Part shown: in pieces, positions 26,800-35,182 of the stretch | How positions within the stretch are numbered: the first letter of the stretch is position 1 | Layout of the letters: each line of letters opens with the position of its first letter | Source of the DNA: Gemmatimonadales bacterium | GTDB lineage: Bacteria; Gemmatimonadota; Gemmatimonadetes; Gemmatimonadales; GWC2-71-9 | Direction of reading: 5' to 3' | Length of the DNA stretch: 64,000 bases | NCBI GenBank assembly: GCA_049680185.1 | Contig: JBAUHI010000076.1 | Location: 4,339-68,338, forward strand | Translations under genes and position numbers: made by a program | Notes under the pieces: model-generated | Seen by the model: only the letters and a program-made list of their open reading frames with translations | Told to the model about the DNA's origin: nothing | Database searches by the model: none

Positions 26800-28020
26800 T
26801 CAGGATGACAGGTCCGGACCACGCATCACGTCGTGCGGCTTCCTTGGCAGTTCGACCACGAACGTGGCGCCGCCACCGGGAGTGTCCTCCACCCACACGC
26901 GGCCCCCATGCGCCTCCACGGTCTGGCGCACCATCGCGAGTCCGAGCCCGGTGCCCTCGGCCTTGGTGGTGACGTAGGGTTGGAACACCCGCAGGCGGTC
27001 GGAAGGCCGGACACCAGGTCCGCGATCGGAGATCCGCACCGCCGCGCCGTCGCTGATCGGCGCGACTGACACCCGGACCGGACCCCGCCCACCGGTGGCC
27101 TCGACCGAATTCCGCAGGATGTTGCTGAATGCCCGGCGGAGCGGGTCGTAGTGGCCGGTGACGTGCGGGGTCGCAGGATCGGCCTTGATCCGGGCATCGG
27201 CGCCCGGAGGCACGCTGGTGCGCACCAGTTCCGCCAGCAGCTCGTTGAGGTCAACGTCGGCGGGTGGTCCCTCCGGCAGACGGCCGAACTCCGAGAACTC
27301 CTTCGCGAGCTGTTCCAGGCGCGCCGATTCCGCGTGCAGGACCTCGAGCGCCTCGCGCTGTCCGTCGGTCGCTGACCCCTGCAACTGCGCCACGGCGAAC
27401 CGCATCGGCATCAGGGGGTTCTTCATCTCGTGCGCCACCCGTCGGGCCACTTCGCGGAAGCTGCGCAAGCGCTCCGCCTCCAACTCGCGCACCCGCGCAT
27501 CACCGATCTGGTCGGACAGCTCGCGCAGGGCCGTGCGCAGGGCCGTGAACTCCGGCGCCCCCTTCCGGGCCTGGTCCGGGGGAAGTGACTCGCGTCGCAG
27601 GATGTGCCCGGTCCAGCCGACCAACTCATCGATGGGTCGACTCAGTTGCCGGGACAGGTGGCCCGCCAGGCGGGCGCCACCATACAGGATGAGTCCGCCC
27701 GTCACCAGGATGACCACCGTCAACGCGCCACTCATCAGCGCGCGGTAGGACTGGTATTGCTGCACCCGACTCAACGCCGTGTTGAGCGCGCGCGCGTGCG
27801 CGGCCAGCGCGGCTCGTTCCGGCCGGTTGAGCTTGGTCGAATCGATGGTCTCCACGAGCGTGCGCCCGGTGCGCCCGATCTCGGCCACCGCCGCCCGGTT
27901 GAGTTGGCCCGCGTCGTTGCTCCGCAGCGTGAGCCCCCAGCCCACCAATACCAGCGTCGTCGGAACGGCGCCGAGCACCAGCAGAACTGCGAAGATCCGC
28001 TGCCGGAACGTGAGGGTCAT
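26800..28020 (-). CDS. Sensor histidine kinase, NtrY-like
   Basis: ATG at 28020: two TM segments plus a HAMP-like linker. H-box ARRVAHEMKNPLMPM (NtrY-type), N box NILRNSVEAT, DRGPGV, GTGLGLAMV. Confidence 0.85.
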   Translation of the reverse strand: MTLTFRQRIFAVLLVLGAVPTTLVLVGWGLTLRSNDAGQLNRAAVAEIGRTGRTLVETIDSTKLNRPERAALAAHARALNTALSRVQQYQSYRALMSGALTVVILVTGGLILYGGARLAGHLSRQLSRPIDELVGWTGHILRRESLPPDQARKGAPEFTALRTALRELSDQIGDARVRELEAERLRSFREVARRVAHEMKNPLMPMRFAVAQLQGSATDGQREALEVLHAESARLEQLAKEFSEFGRLPEGPPADVDLNELLAELVRTSVPPGADARIKADPATPHVTGHYDPLRRAFSNILRNSVEATGGRGPVRVSVAPISDGAAVRISDRGPGVRPSDRLRVFQPYVTTKAEGTGLGLAMVRQTVEAHGGRVWVEDTPGGGATFVVELPRKPHDVMRGPDLSS

Positions 28021-28616
28021 GCCGCGCTCCAAGTGACCGTGGCTCAAGGACTTCGGAATGTACCGGTGGGCGTCAGGATAAGCGAGTCCGAATGACACGG
28101 AAGCTTGCTGCCATAGGGGGTGGAACACCATCGGACCCATGGCCACGATGGTTCGGTCCCATGATCGCGGTCCAGTCGTTGGCCTTTCCGTATCCCCAAC
28201 ATCCACATACATTTACCGCGCTTCGTACCGTTTGGGCCCCGGCGTGCGCCGGCGCAGTCACGGTCCCGAAGCGTTGGCAACTCTCGGCGGGTGGACCACG
28301 CCGTGAACGACGGGAACGGCCGCAACGGGCCCGTTGCTCGCCGAGAGATGCCGAATGAGAAGGATCCACCGGTGTGGATCACGGGGTGCCGTCGGGATGT
28401 CGGGCAGATCGCCTGGCGGGCCGACCTGCGATCCCGCGATCCCGCCCGAGGACAGCACGATGACCGGCGACGGACCGCATGGGTCCGCCCGCGAACATCT
28501 GGCAGACCACAACGTGCCCTACCTGGTCCGCTCCGTCACCACTTTCGTCCCGACCCGTCGGGGATGGCAAAGCGGTGCGAGCGGACGAAGGTCGAGGCCT
28601 CGGAGCCCAACGCAAC

Positions 28617-30131
28617 GTGAACGCAGCCTCGCGCCGCCCGGCGCGCGGGACCGACACTCCGGTCCACGCGCCCAATGCGGCCCTCCTCATCGATTTCGAC
28701 AACGTCACCCTCGGCATCCGCTCGGACCTCGCCAAGGAACTTCGGACCCTTCTCAACAGCGACATCATCAAGGGTAAGGTCTCGATCCAGCGCGCCTATG
28801 CCGACTGGCGCCGCTATCCGCAGTACATCGTCCCCCTGACCGAATCGTCGGTCGAGCTGGTCTGGGCCCCTGCCGTCGGTACGGCCAAAAAGAACGCGAC
28901 CGACATCCGGTTGGCCGTGGACGCGATGGAGCTCGCCTTCACCCGTCCCGAGATCGGCACGTTCATCCTCCTCTCGGGCGACAGCGATTTTTCTTCGCTC
29001 GTCATCAAACTCAAGGAGTGGGGCAAGTACGTCGTCGGCGTCGGGATGCGGGAGAGCTCCAGCGACCTCCTGATCCAGAACTGTGACGAGTACTACTCCT
29101 ATTCCGACCTCGGTGGCCTGAAGAATCAGCAGGACGTCGTGGCGGCCCCCGGTGTGCCGACCGATCCGTGGCAGCTGGCGGCGGTCGCGGTGGCGCAGAT
29201 GGTCAAGGACCGCGATGTGCTGCGGGCCGACCGCCTGAAGCAGGTCATGCAGCAGCTCGATCCCAAATTCGACGAGCGGGATGCCGGCTTCAATCGGTTC
29301 AGCAAGTTCGTCACCGAGGCAGGTACCCGCGGCGTCCTGCGCATCACCAAGCTCGAAAGTGGCCAGCTGGAAGTCGCGCCAGCGACCCCGGCCGCCGGCG
29401 CCGTGGCGACCGAGCCTGCGGCCGAGAAGCGTGATGGTCGGCGCCGGGGCGGGCGAGGACGAGGGCGTGGCCCGCGCGTTGCGGAAGGCCCGGAGGTCCC
29501 CGCGGGCAGCTCGCCCGCACCCGCGGCGGCACCGGTCGTGACCCACCTGACGTTGGCCCGCGGGTTCGATCTCCTGAAAGACGCCCTGTCCGGGCTTCCG
29601 ACACCCTCGGCCCACGAGACCGTGCGCCAGCGGATGCTCGCGCTGGCCGGCAAGGAGGATCCGCTATTCGAGCTTCCCCGCTTCGTGCGATTCCTGCGGC
29701 AGGCCCACGATGCGGAGGTCGCCGAGGTACGGAAGGTGGGCGAGGACGCCTTCGACGTGGCCCCGTTCGGGTCGGTCGGCGGGCCGCCGGCGCGTCTGGA
29801 GCAGCCGCCCCATCAGCAGTCCCGTGTCGTGGCGCCAGTGGCGCACGAGCCCCCACCCGTCGTGGAGGCTCCGGCCGCCACTCGCGGGCCGCTGCGCTTC
29901 CGTCGCGGGTCCAAGTCGGGAGTGCGTTCGGCGGACGTGCCGCTGGTCGGAGTAGTCGCGATGGAGGCCGATGAGGCGCCAGCGCCGAAGTCGCACAGTC
30001 GGCGTGGACGTGCGGCGCCCAAGGTCGCTGAGCCCGCACCAGATGCCGCCGCAGGGTCCAGTGCACCGGCCACGCCTGCGCCGTCCGGCGCTCGCCGCCG
30101 CGGCGGGCGCGCCAAAAAGACCGGGTCATAG
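28617..30131 (+). CDS. NYN (LabA-like) nuclease-domain protein with OST-HTH/LOTUS-like domains and RGG-rich tails
   Basis: LLIDFDNV...KNATDIRLAVDAMELAF...FILLSGDSDFSSLVIKLKEWGKYVVGVG (NYN). VAQMVKDRDVLRADRLKQVMQQLDPKFDERDAGFNRFSKFVTEA (OST-HTH-like). RRRGGRGRGRGPR and C-terminal RRRGGRAKK. The start (GTG 28617 or track 28479) is uncertain. Confidence 0.7.
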   Translation: MNAASRRPARGTDTPVHAPNAALLIDFDNVTLGIRSDLAKELRTLLNSDIIKGKVSIQRAYADWRRYPQYIVPLTESSVELVWAPAVGTAKKNATDIRLAVDAMELAFTRPEIGTFILLSGDSDFSSLVIKLKEWGKYVVGVGMRESSSDLLIQNCDEYYSYSDLGGLKNQQDVVAAPGVPTDPWQLAAVAVAQMVKDRDVLRADRLKQVMQQLDPKFDERDAGFNRFSKFVTEAGTRGVLRITKLESGQLEVAPATPAAGAVATEPAAEKRDGRRRGGRGRGRGPRVAEGPEVPAGSSPAPAAAPVVTHLTLARGFDLLKDALSGLPTPSAHETVRQRMLALAGKEDPLFELPRFVRFLRQAHDAEVAEVRKVGEDAFDVAPFGSVGGPPARLEQPPHQQSRVVAPVAHEPPPVVEAPAATRGPLRFRRGSKSGVRSADVPLVGVVAMEADEAPAPKSHSRRGRAAPKVAEPAPDAAAGSSAPATPAPSGARRRGGRAKKTGS

Positions 30132-30139
30132 GTTCGGCG

Positions 30140-30769
30140 GTGGCCCGGGGCAGCATCCGATCGACGGAACGGGCGGGGAGACCCCTGCCCGTTCCGTTCT
30201 TTCAGCGCCCCTCGGACATCGTTGCCCGGGAACTCATCGGCGCGATCCTCGAGGTGTGCACCGGCCGGACCATCGTCCGCGGGCGGATCGTCGAGACCGA
30301 GGCCTATCTGGGCGTCGACGATCCGGCGTCGCACGCGTACGCCCATCGCCGCAACGCCGGCAACCTGTCGCTCTATGCCGCGCCGGGAACCTGGTATGTC
30401 TACCGGTCGTATGGCATCCACTGGTGCGCCAATCTGATCGCTGGCGGTCGACCGATCGCCGCGGCAGTGCTGCTCCGCGCCCTCGAGCCATTGGATGGAC
30501 TCGGCCTGATGCGGCGGCGGCGCGGGAGCGGCGTGCCGGACCGCGTCCTCGCGAACGGCCCCGGCAAGCTCTGCCAGGCGTTGGCGATCGATCGGCGGCT
30601 CGACGGTGTGCCGATGGGACGGTCGTGGGCACGGGTCATCGGCGGGGCAGGAGCGGACGAGGTCGTGGTCACCCCGCGGATCGGTATCACCAAGGCCGTC
30701 GACTGGCCGCTGCGATTCGTGGCCGCAGGGACCGTCTGGGCCTCACGGCCGACCGCCCGCCGGTCGTGA
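30140..30769 (+). CDS. DNA-3-methyladenine glycosylase (MPG/AAG family)
   Basis: FFQRPSDIVARELIG...GRIVETEAYLGVDDPASHAY...WYVYRSYGIHWCANL...NGPGKLCQAL. Confidence 0.88.
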   Translation: MARGSIRSTERAGRPLPVPFFQRPSDIVARELIGAILEVCTGRTIVRGRIVETEAYLGVDDPASHAYAHRRNAGNLSLYAAPGTWYVYRSYGIHWCANLIAGGRPIAAAVLLRALEPLDGLGLMRRRRGSGVPDRVLANGPGKLCQALAIDRRLDGVPMGRSWARVIGGAGADEVVVTPRIGITKAVDWPLRFVAAGTVWASRPTARRS

Positions 30770-30809
30770 AGACCGGCGGGCGGTGGATGAAATCGATGGA
30801 GCGGCTGGG

Positions 30810-31511
30810 TCAGTAGCTGGCAGGTCCACCACTGCTGCGGGCCGACCCGAGGCTCAGCCGGATCCCGGCCATCACGCTGTACGACGGATCCTGGAACAGC
30901 GAACCGGTGTCGTACTCGGTGCTCTTGTTGGTCAGATTGGTGGTGATGGTATGCGCGGACGGCGCGGAGGTCACCTGCGCCTGCCCGAATGCCGATATGC
31001 CGGCGACCCGGAACTCGAGGCCGCCGATGGCGGTCAGGAATCCCTGCGTCCCAAGGCTCGCGATGACGTGGCCTCCAGGGGTATTGCCCGTGCTGTGCAG
31101 GATGCCGCCGCCCAGCCCGACGTACGGCTGGAGGATCGAATGGCGAACGGGGAAGAGCAGCACCGCGAACGTGTAGCGCCGGACCCCGGTGTAGACCACG
31201 TTGGTCGTGGACGATGTCGCGTTGTTGGCCGTGTCGACCACCACCGACCCGACGGTCCCGTTCTTGTTGGTCCCGAAGCTCTGGTCCACCGAGATCAGGA
31301 ATCCGCTGCGCGCGCCGGTGACAAGGAAGTGCGCGCCAGCGGTTGCCATCAGGTCACGCTTGCCGGCAGCGGTACCGTCCTTGACGCTGATCAGGCCGCC
31401 CTGAGCGCCAAAGTACAGGGTGTACTCTTGAGACCCCTGGGCCCACGCGGGTGTCCCCACCACGGCGATGGCCAGAACCCCAAGCACGATCGAACGGCTC
31501 AGCATCCTCAT
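30810..31511 (-). CDS. Small outer-membrane beta-barrel protein (OmpA-barrel/OmpW-like)
   Basis: ATG at 31511: MRMLSRSIVLGVLAIAVVGTPAWAQG (signal peptide). Alternating hydrophobic beta-strand pattern, glycine-rich turns, aromatic C-terminus (..GGPASY). Confidence 0.65.
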   Translation of the reverse strand: MRMLSRSIVLGVLAIAVVGTPAWAQGSQEYTLYFGAQGGLISVKDGTAAGKRDLMATAGAHFLVTGARSGFLISVDQSFGTNKNGTVGSVVVDTANNATSSTTNVVYTGVRRYTFAVLLFPVRHSILQPYVGLGGGILHSTGNTPGGHVIASLGTQGFLTAIGGLEFRVAGISAFGQAQVTSAPSAHTITTNLTNKSTEYDTGSLFQDPSYSVMAGIRLSLGSARSSGGPASY

Positions 31512-31739
31512 CGGTCTTCCTCCGTGATGGTCCGGTCTCGGCGCCACCTGACGGTGCGTAAGTAGTTATGGGAGTGGCATTTCCGTGGCCGAATCCCCTT
31601 CGGCGACCCCGGGGGGATACCCCCTACAATAGGAAGATACCTGGAAAAAAGCTAGCCCCAAAGCGCCAGGGGAGAGGTACCCTAGGCCGTTCGGGGATAA
31701 GCAGTTATCCGGCTGAACTACCAAACTACTTGAGGTGCC

Positions 31740-32939
31740 TCAGATCAGCCCCAGTTTGCGGCCTGCCTTCCGGAAGGCCTCCAGGGCGCGGTCAAGATGC
31801 TCTCGGGTGTGCGCTGCCGAGACTTGGCAACGCACCCGGGCCTGTCCTTGCGGCACGACCGGGAATCCGAATCCGGTCACGAACACGCCGGCATCGAGCA
31901 GGGCCTCGCTCATCTGGATCGCCTTGGCCGTTTCACCGAGGATCACGGGGATGATCGGCGTCTCGCCGGCGAGCGGCTTGAACCCGAGGGCCAGGAGTTG
32001 ATCGCGGAAGTAGGTCGCGTTGGCGCGGAGCGTCTCGACCCGGGCCGGTTCGCGCTCCAGGACCTCGATGCTCCTGAGCGCACTCGCCGCGACCGTCGGC
32101 GGCAGCGCGTTGGAGAAGAGCTGCGGCCGGGCCCGTTGGGTGAGAAAGTCGCAGGCGGCCTCGCTCGCGGCGACGAACCCGCCGGCGGCCCCGCCCAGTG
32201 CCTTGCCGAGCGTGGACGTGATGATCGGCACCTCGCCCAACAGTCCGAAATGCTCGGCGGTCCCGCGGCCGGTCCGCCCGAGGACGCCGGTCGCGTGCGA
32301 GTCGTCGAGCATCAGTACCGCACCCCGCTTGCGGCACACCTCCAGGAGGTCGGGAAGCTTGCAGATGGCCCCTTCCATCGAAAAGACGCCGTCGCTGATC
32401 ACCAGCTTGACCCGGCGGTCCGTGGCGGCGGCGAGCTTCTGATCGAGGTCGGAGAGGTCTCCGTGGGCGTAGACGCCGGTCTGGCACTTGGTGATCGCCT
32501 TGGCCAGCCGGATGCCGTCGATGATCGACGCGTGGTTGAGCTGGTCGGAGAGCACCAGGTCCTGCTCCGTGAGCAGCGTGCCGGGCACTGCTTCATTCGC
32601 ATTCCAGCAGCTGACGAAGCTGAGCGATGCCGGCGTGTCGACCAACCGGGCGCAGGCGCGCTCGAGATCACGGTGGACGGTGAATGTCCCGCAGATGAAT
32701 CGCACGGAGGCAGTGCCGGCCCCGAATCGGTCCAGTGCCTCGTGGCCCGCCCGGATCACCTCGGGATGATCGGAGAGCCCGAGATAGTTGTTGGACGACA
32801 GCACCACCACCTCGCCATGCCCTTCCATCCGGACCACCGGTCCCTGGCGGCCCTCGAGGTAGTTGAGCCGCTTGTACACCCCATCCCGCTTGAACCCCTC
32901 GAGGTCGGAGTTGATGCGGTCGTCGAGGGTGCTGTTCAT
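31740..32939 (-). CDS. kbl: 2-amino-3-ketobutyrate CoA ligase (glycine C-acetyltransferase)
   Basis: ATG at 32939 overlaps the tdh stop (ATGA). MNSTLDDRINSDLEGFKRDGVYKRLNYLEG..., NNYLGLS, DDSHATGVLG, TSTLGKALGG (PLP lysine). Confidence 0.92.
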   Translation of the reverse strand: MNSTLDDRINSDLEGFKRDGVYKRLNYLEGRQGPVVRMEGHGEVVVLSSNNYLGLSDHPEVIRAGHEALDRFGAGTASVRFICGTFTVHRDLERACARLVDTPASLSFVSCWNANEAVPGTLLTEQDLVLSDQLNHASIIDGIRLAKAITKCQTGVYAHGDLSDLDQKLAAATDRRVKLVISDGVFSMEGAICKLPDLLEVCRKRGAVLMLDDSHATGVLGRTGRGTAEHFGLLGEVPIITSTLGKALGGAAGGFVAASEAACDFLTQRARPQLFSNALPPTVAASALRSIEVLEREPARVETLRANATYFRDQLLALGFKPLAGETPIIPVILGETAKAIQMSEALLDAGVFVTGFGFPVVPQGQARVRCQVSAAHTREHLDRALEAFRKAGRKLGLI

Positions 32940-33976
32940 CGCGCGATCTCCAGGATGACCTTGCCCGCTTGTCCGTTCTTGATGAGCCCGATGGCCTCGG
33001 CGATACCCTCCATCGGGAAGCGGTGGGTCACAACGGGTCGAGGGTCGAACTTGCCGCTCTGGAGCAGCGTGAACATCTGCTGCCACGTCTGGTACATCTT
33101 CCGTCCGGTGACGCCATAGAGCGTCAGTCCCTTGAAGATGATGTCGCGGGCAAAGTCGACTTCGGTGGTCTTCGCTGGCGTGCCCAGGAAGTTGATCCGG
33201 CCGCCGGGACGGATCGATGCGAACGCCTGTTGGTGGCCGGCCGGGTGCCCGCTCATCTCGCAGACGAGGTCGGCGCCACCAGTGCCGGAGAGCTCGCGCA
33301 CCCGTGCCGGGACGTCGTCCGTGGCAGGGTCAAGGGTCACGTCCGCTCCCATGGTCTTGGCCAGCGCGCGCCGCACCGGATTGAAGTCGCTCGCAATGAC
33401 GACCGACGCGCCGGCGGCCCTGGCGACCCCGACCGCGAAGCAGCCGATCGGTCCGCAGCCGAGCACGAAGACCGAGCTTCCCGCGACCATCCCCTCGAGT
33501 GCGGTGTGGACGGCGTTGCCGATGGGGTCCATGATGGCGCCGATCTCGGTGGGGATCCCGTCGAGCTTCATCACGTTCGACGCCGGCATCGCGATGTACT
33601 CGGCGAACGCGCCGTCCCGATCGACGCCGATGATCTGGGTGCGCTCGCAGACGTGATACTGGTTGAAGCGGCAGGGCCGGCAATGTCCGCACACGATGTG
33701 GCCCTCGGCAGTGACCAGGTCACCCACCGCCAGGAGGCCGGCCGCGCGGGCCTCGCTGCCCATCTCCGTCACCGTGCCGGCGAACTCGTGGCCGATCACC
33801 ACCGGGGGCTTGAGCCGACGCGATGCCCACGAATCCCATTCCCATATATGCAGGTCGGTGCCGCACACACCGGCATGCGCGACCTTGATCAGGACGTCCG
33901 CGGTACCGATCCGGGGGACCGGCACGTCCTTCACGACCATCCCGGGCCCGGCGGACTCCTTGACGAGCGCTCGCAT
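32936..33976 (-). CDS. tdh: L-threonine 3-dehydrogenase
   Basis: Zn-ADH motifs GHEFAGTV, GHIVCGHCRPCR, VLGCGPIGCFAVG. Classic tdh-kbl pairing. Confidence 0.92.
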   Translation of the reverse strand: MRALVKESAGPGMVVKDVPVPRIGTADVLIKVAHAGVCGTDLHIWEWDSWASRRLKPPVVIGHEFAGTVTEMGSEARAAGLLAVGDLVTAEGHIVCGHCRPCRFNQYHVCERTQIIGVDRDGAFAEYIAMPASNVMKLDGIPTEIGAIMDPIGNAVHTALEGMVAGSSVFVLGCGPIGCFAVGVARAAGASVVIASDFNPVRRALAKTMGADVTLDPATDDVPARVRELSGTGGADLVCEMSGHPAGHQQAFASIRPGGRINFLGTPAKTTEVDFARDIIFKGLTLYGVTGRKMYQTWQQMFTLLQSGKFDPRPVVTHRFPMEGIAEAIGLIKNGQAGKVILEIAR

Positions 33977-34018
33977 CGCGATTCCAGTGAAGTGGACCGG
34001 CGGGAATATAGAACGAAA

Positions 34019-34045
34019 GACCCCCGAGCGGACTGCTCGGGGGTC
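34019..34045 (-). terminator. Perfect 11-bp GC-rich hairpin downstream of the 55-aa mini-ORF
   Basis: GACCCCCGAGC-GGACT-GCTCGGGGGTC. On the minus strand it is followed by TCTTTCGTTCTATATT, 21 nt after the mini-ORF stop. Confidence 0.6.
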
Positions 34046-34066
34046 GCGATACGTCAGGTCGTCAGA

Positions 34067-34234
34067 TCAGGCGGCGTGATCGACCGGCATCTGCTCGTGC
34101 CAGTGTTCGGTCGTCTCATCTTCGTCGGCAGCCCACATGTAGGCCCAGATCGCGGCCGGCTTGCGGCGCTCTCCACCGTCGTGGATGATGATCCCGATCG
34201 GTTCCTGCTCGGCGGCGATGGCAGCGGCGTTCAC
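34067..34234 (-). CDS. 55-aa hypothetical acidic mini-protein
   Basis: Own translation from GTG 34234: VNAAAIAAEQEPIGIIIHDGGERRKPAAIWAYMWAADEDETTEHWHEQMPVDHAA. GAGGG 8 nt upstream, strong hairpin downstream. Below the track length cutoff. Confidence 0.45.
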   Translation of the reverse strand: MNAAAIAAEQEPIGIIIHDGGERRKPAAIWAYMWAADEDETTEHWHEQMPVDHAA

Positions 34235-34327
34235 GATGATACCCTCGATGGATGATGGACCTCGCCCTTCCTACTGCAGGGCCCATGCCATTAAGGATAC
34301 CGTGCTAAGCTATTGCAGCTATTGCAC

Positions 34328-35182
34328 TTAATCGCGCGCATCGAGCATGGTGTGTTGGAGTGACTCAGACACATCAGAGTCGTTCTGACACAGAGGAGGG
34401 AGGAGGATGGCGCTTCCTTCCACACTTGGAGAATGCCGCCACCCCGGGTACCAGGACCGGAGTTCCGAGATCCGTCCGCTCGGACCGAGGAGCACGTGCG
34501 CCCCGATCTCGGCGATGCGATCCTGCAGCGCCACGACGAATGACCGCAGGTCGGTCTCGCCCAGCGCACCCACTTCGCCGGCATCGAGCACCACGATCTG
34601 GGTGGGACGTTCCGCCGGCGGGAGCCACGGCCGCCCCACCTGGACCACGAACGCCTCGAGTGCTCCCGCGAGCGACTCGTCGACGGCCAGGCGCTCCACC
34701 CGTTCCACCACTGGCAGCGAGCCGGCGAGAAAGGTGACCTCGACGTCGTGGGCGGCGAGCAGGGGCGCCAGCGCCTCGGTGCCGGACCCGATCAGGAGCG
34801 CGTGGTCCGCCGGCTCGCAGCGGGAAAGGAGCGTCGCCACCGGGTGGGTATCCGCGACGCCCCAGTACGCCGGCTCACGCTGCGCGGCCGCGCGTTTCCC
34901 GTAGCGTTGCTTCCACGTCTTGAAGGTCGGCAGCTTCAGACGCTTACTGATGAGCCGGTCGACACAGTCGAGCATCATCACTTCGGTGAGGAAGAGCTGG
35001 CCCTCGGTGCTGGCACCCTGGACCGCGAGCGCCTCCTCCGCGAGCCGCATCAGGTCCTGGCGGGAGCGGGAGTTCTTGTATGCCTCGATCCGGTGCACCA
35101 GGAATTCCTGGTAGCGCTGCTGTGGGGACGCCGTGGCCCGGCGCCGTCCCCGTCGGCGCACCAACTGGGCCTCGGTCAGCAT
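34328..35182 (-). CDS. Hypothetical protein (284 aa)
   Basis: ATG at 35182 (MLTEAQLVRRRGRRR...) overlaps the stop of the upstream CDF gene by 7 nt. The upstream part of track ORF 34328..35506 overlaps the CDF gene and is not credible. No recognised domain. Confidence 0.6.
   Translation of the reverse strand: MLTEAQLVRRRGRRRATASPQQRYQEFLVHRIEAYKNSRSRQDLMRLAEEALAVQGASTEGQLFLTEVMMLDCVDRLISKRLKLPTFKTWKQRYGKRAAAQREPAYWGVADTHPVATLLSRCEPADHALLIGSGTEALAPLLAAHDVEVTFLAGSLPVVERVERLAVDESLAGALEAFVVQVGRPWLPPAERPTQIVVLDAGEVGALGETDLRSFVVALQDRIAEIGAHVLLGPSGRISELRSWYPGWRHSPSVEGSAILLPPLCQNDSDVSESLQHTMLDARD

Noticed and set aside
28021-28616. RNase P RNA, tmRNA or SRP RNA in the long non-coding region.
   Set aside because: The hallmark motifs I know were not found on either strand: GAGGAAAGUCC..ACAGAA for RNase P, a tRNA-like 3' end with T-loop and ..CCACCA for tmRNA, GGAAGCAGCC for SRP. 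The region is kept only as an unexplained non-coding stretch.
31645-31672. Intrinsic terminator for kbl (CCCCTGGCGCTTTGGGG followed by CTAGCTTTTTT on the minus strand).
   Set aside because: The stem is only about 4 bp with a 9-nt loop and a 5-nt gap before the T-run. That is too weak to call as a feature.
34407-34904. 165-aa plus-strand ORF preceded by a very strong Shine-Dalgarno-like GGAGGGAGGAGG.
   Set aside because: Its third codon positions coincide with those of the minus-strand gene, which explains its high GC3. The product is Ser/Thr/Arg/Ala-rich, whereas the minus-strand protein has normal globular composition. The purine run is simply the complement of the LLPP codons.
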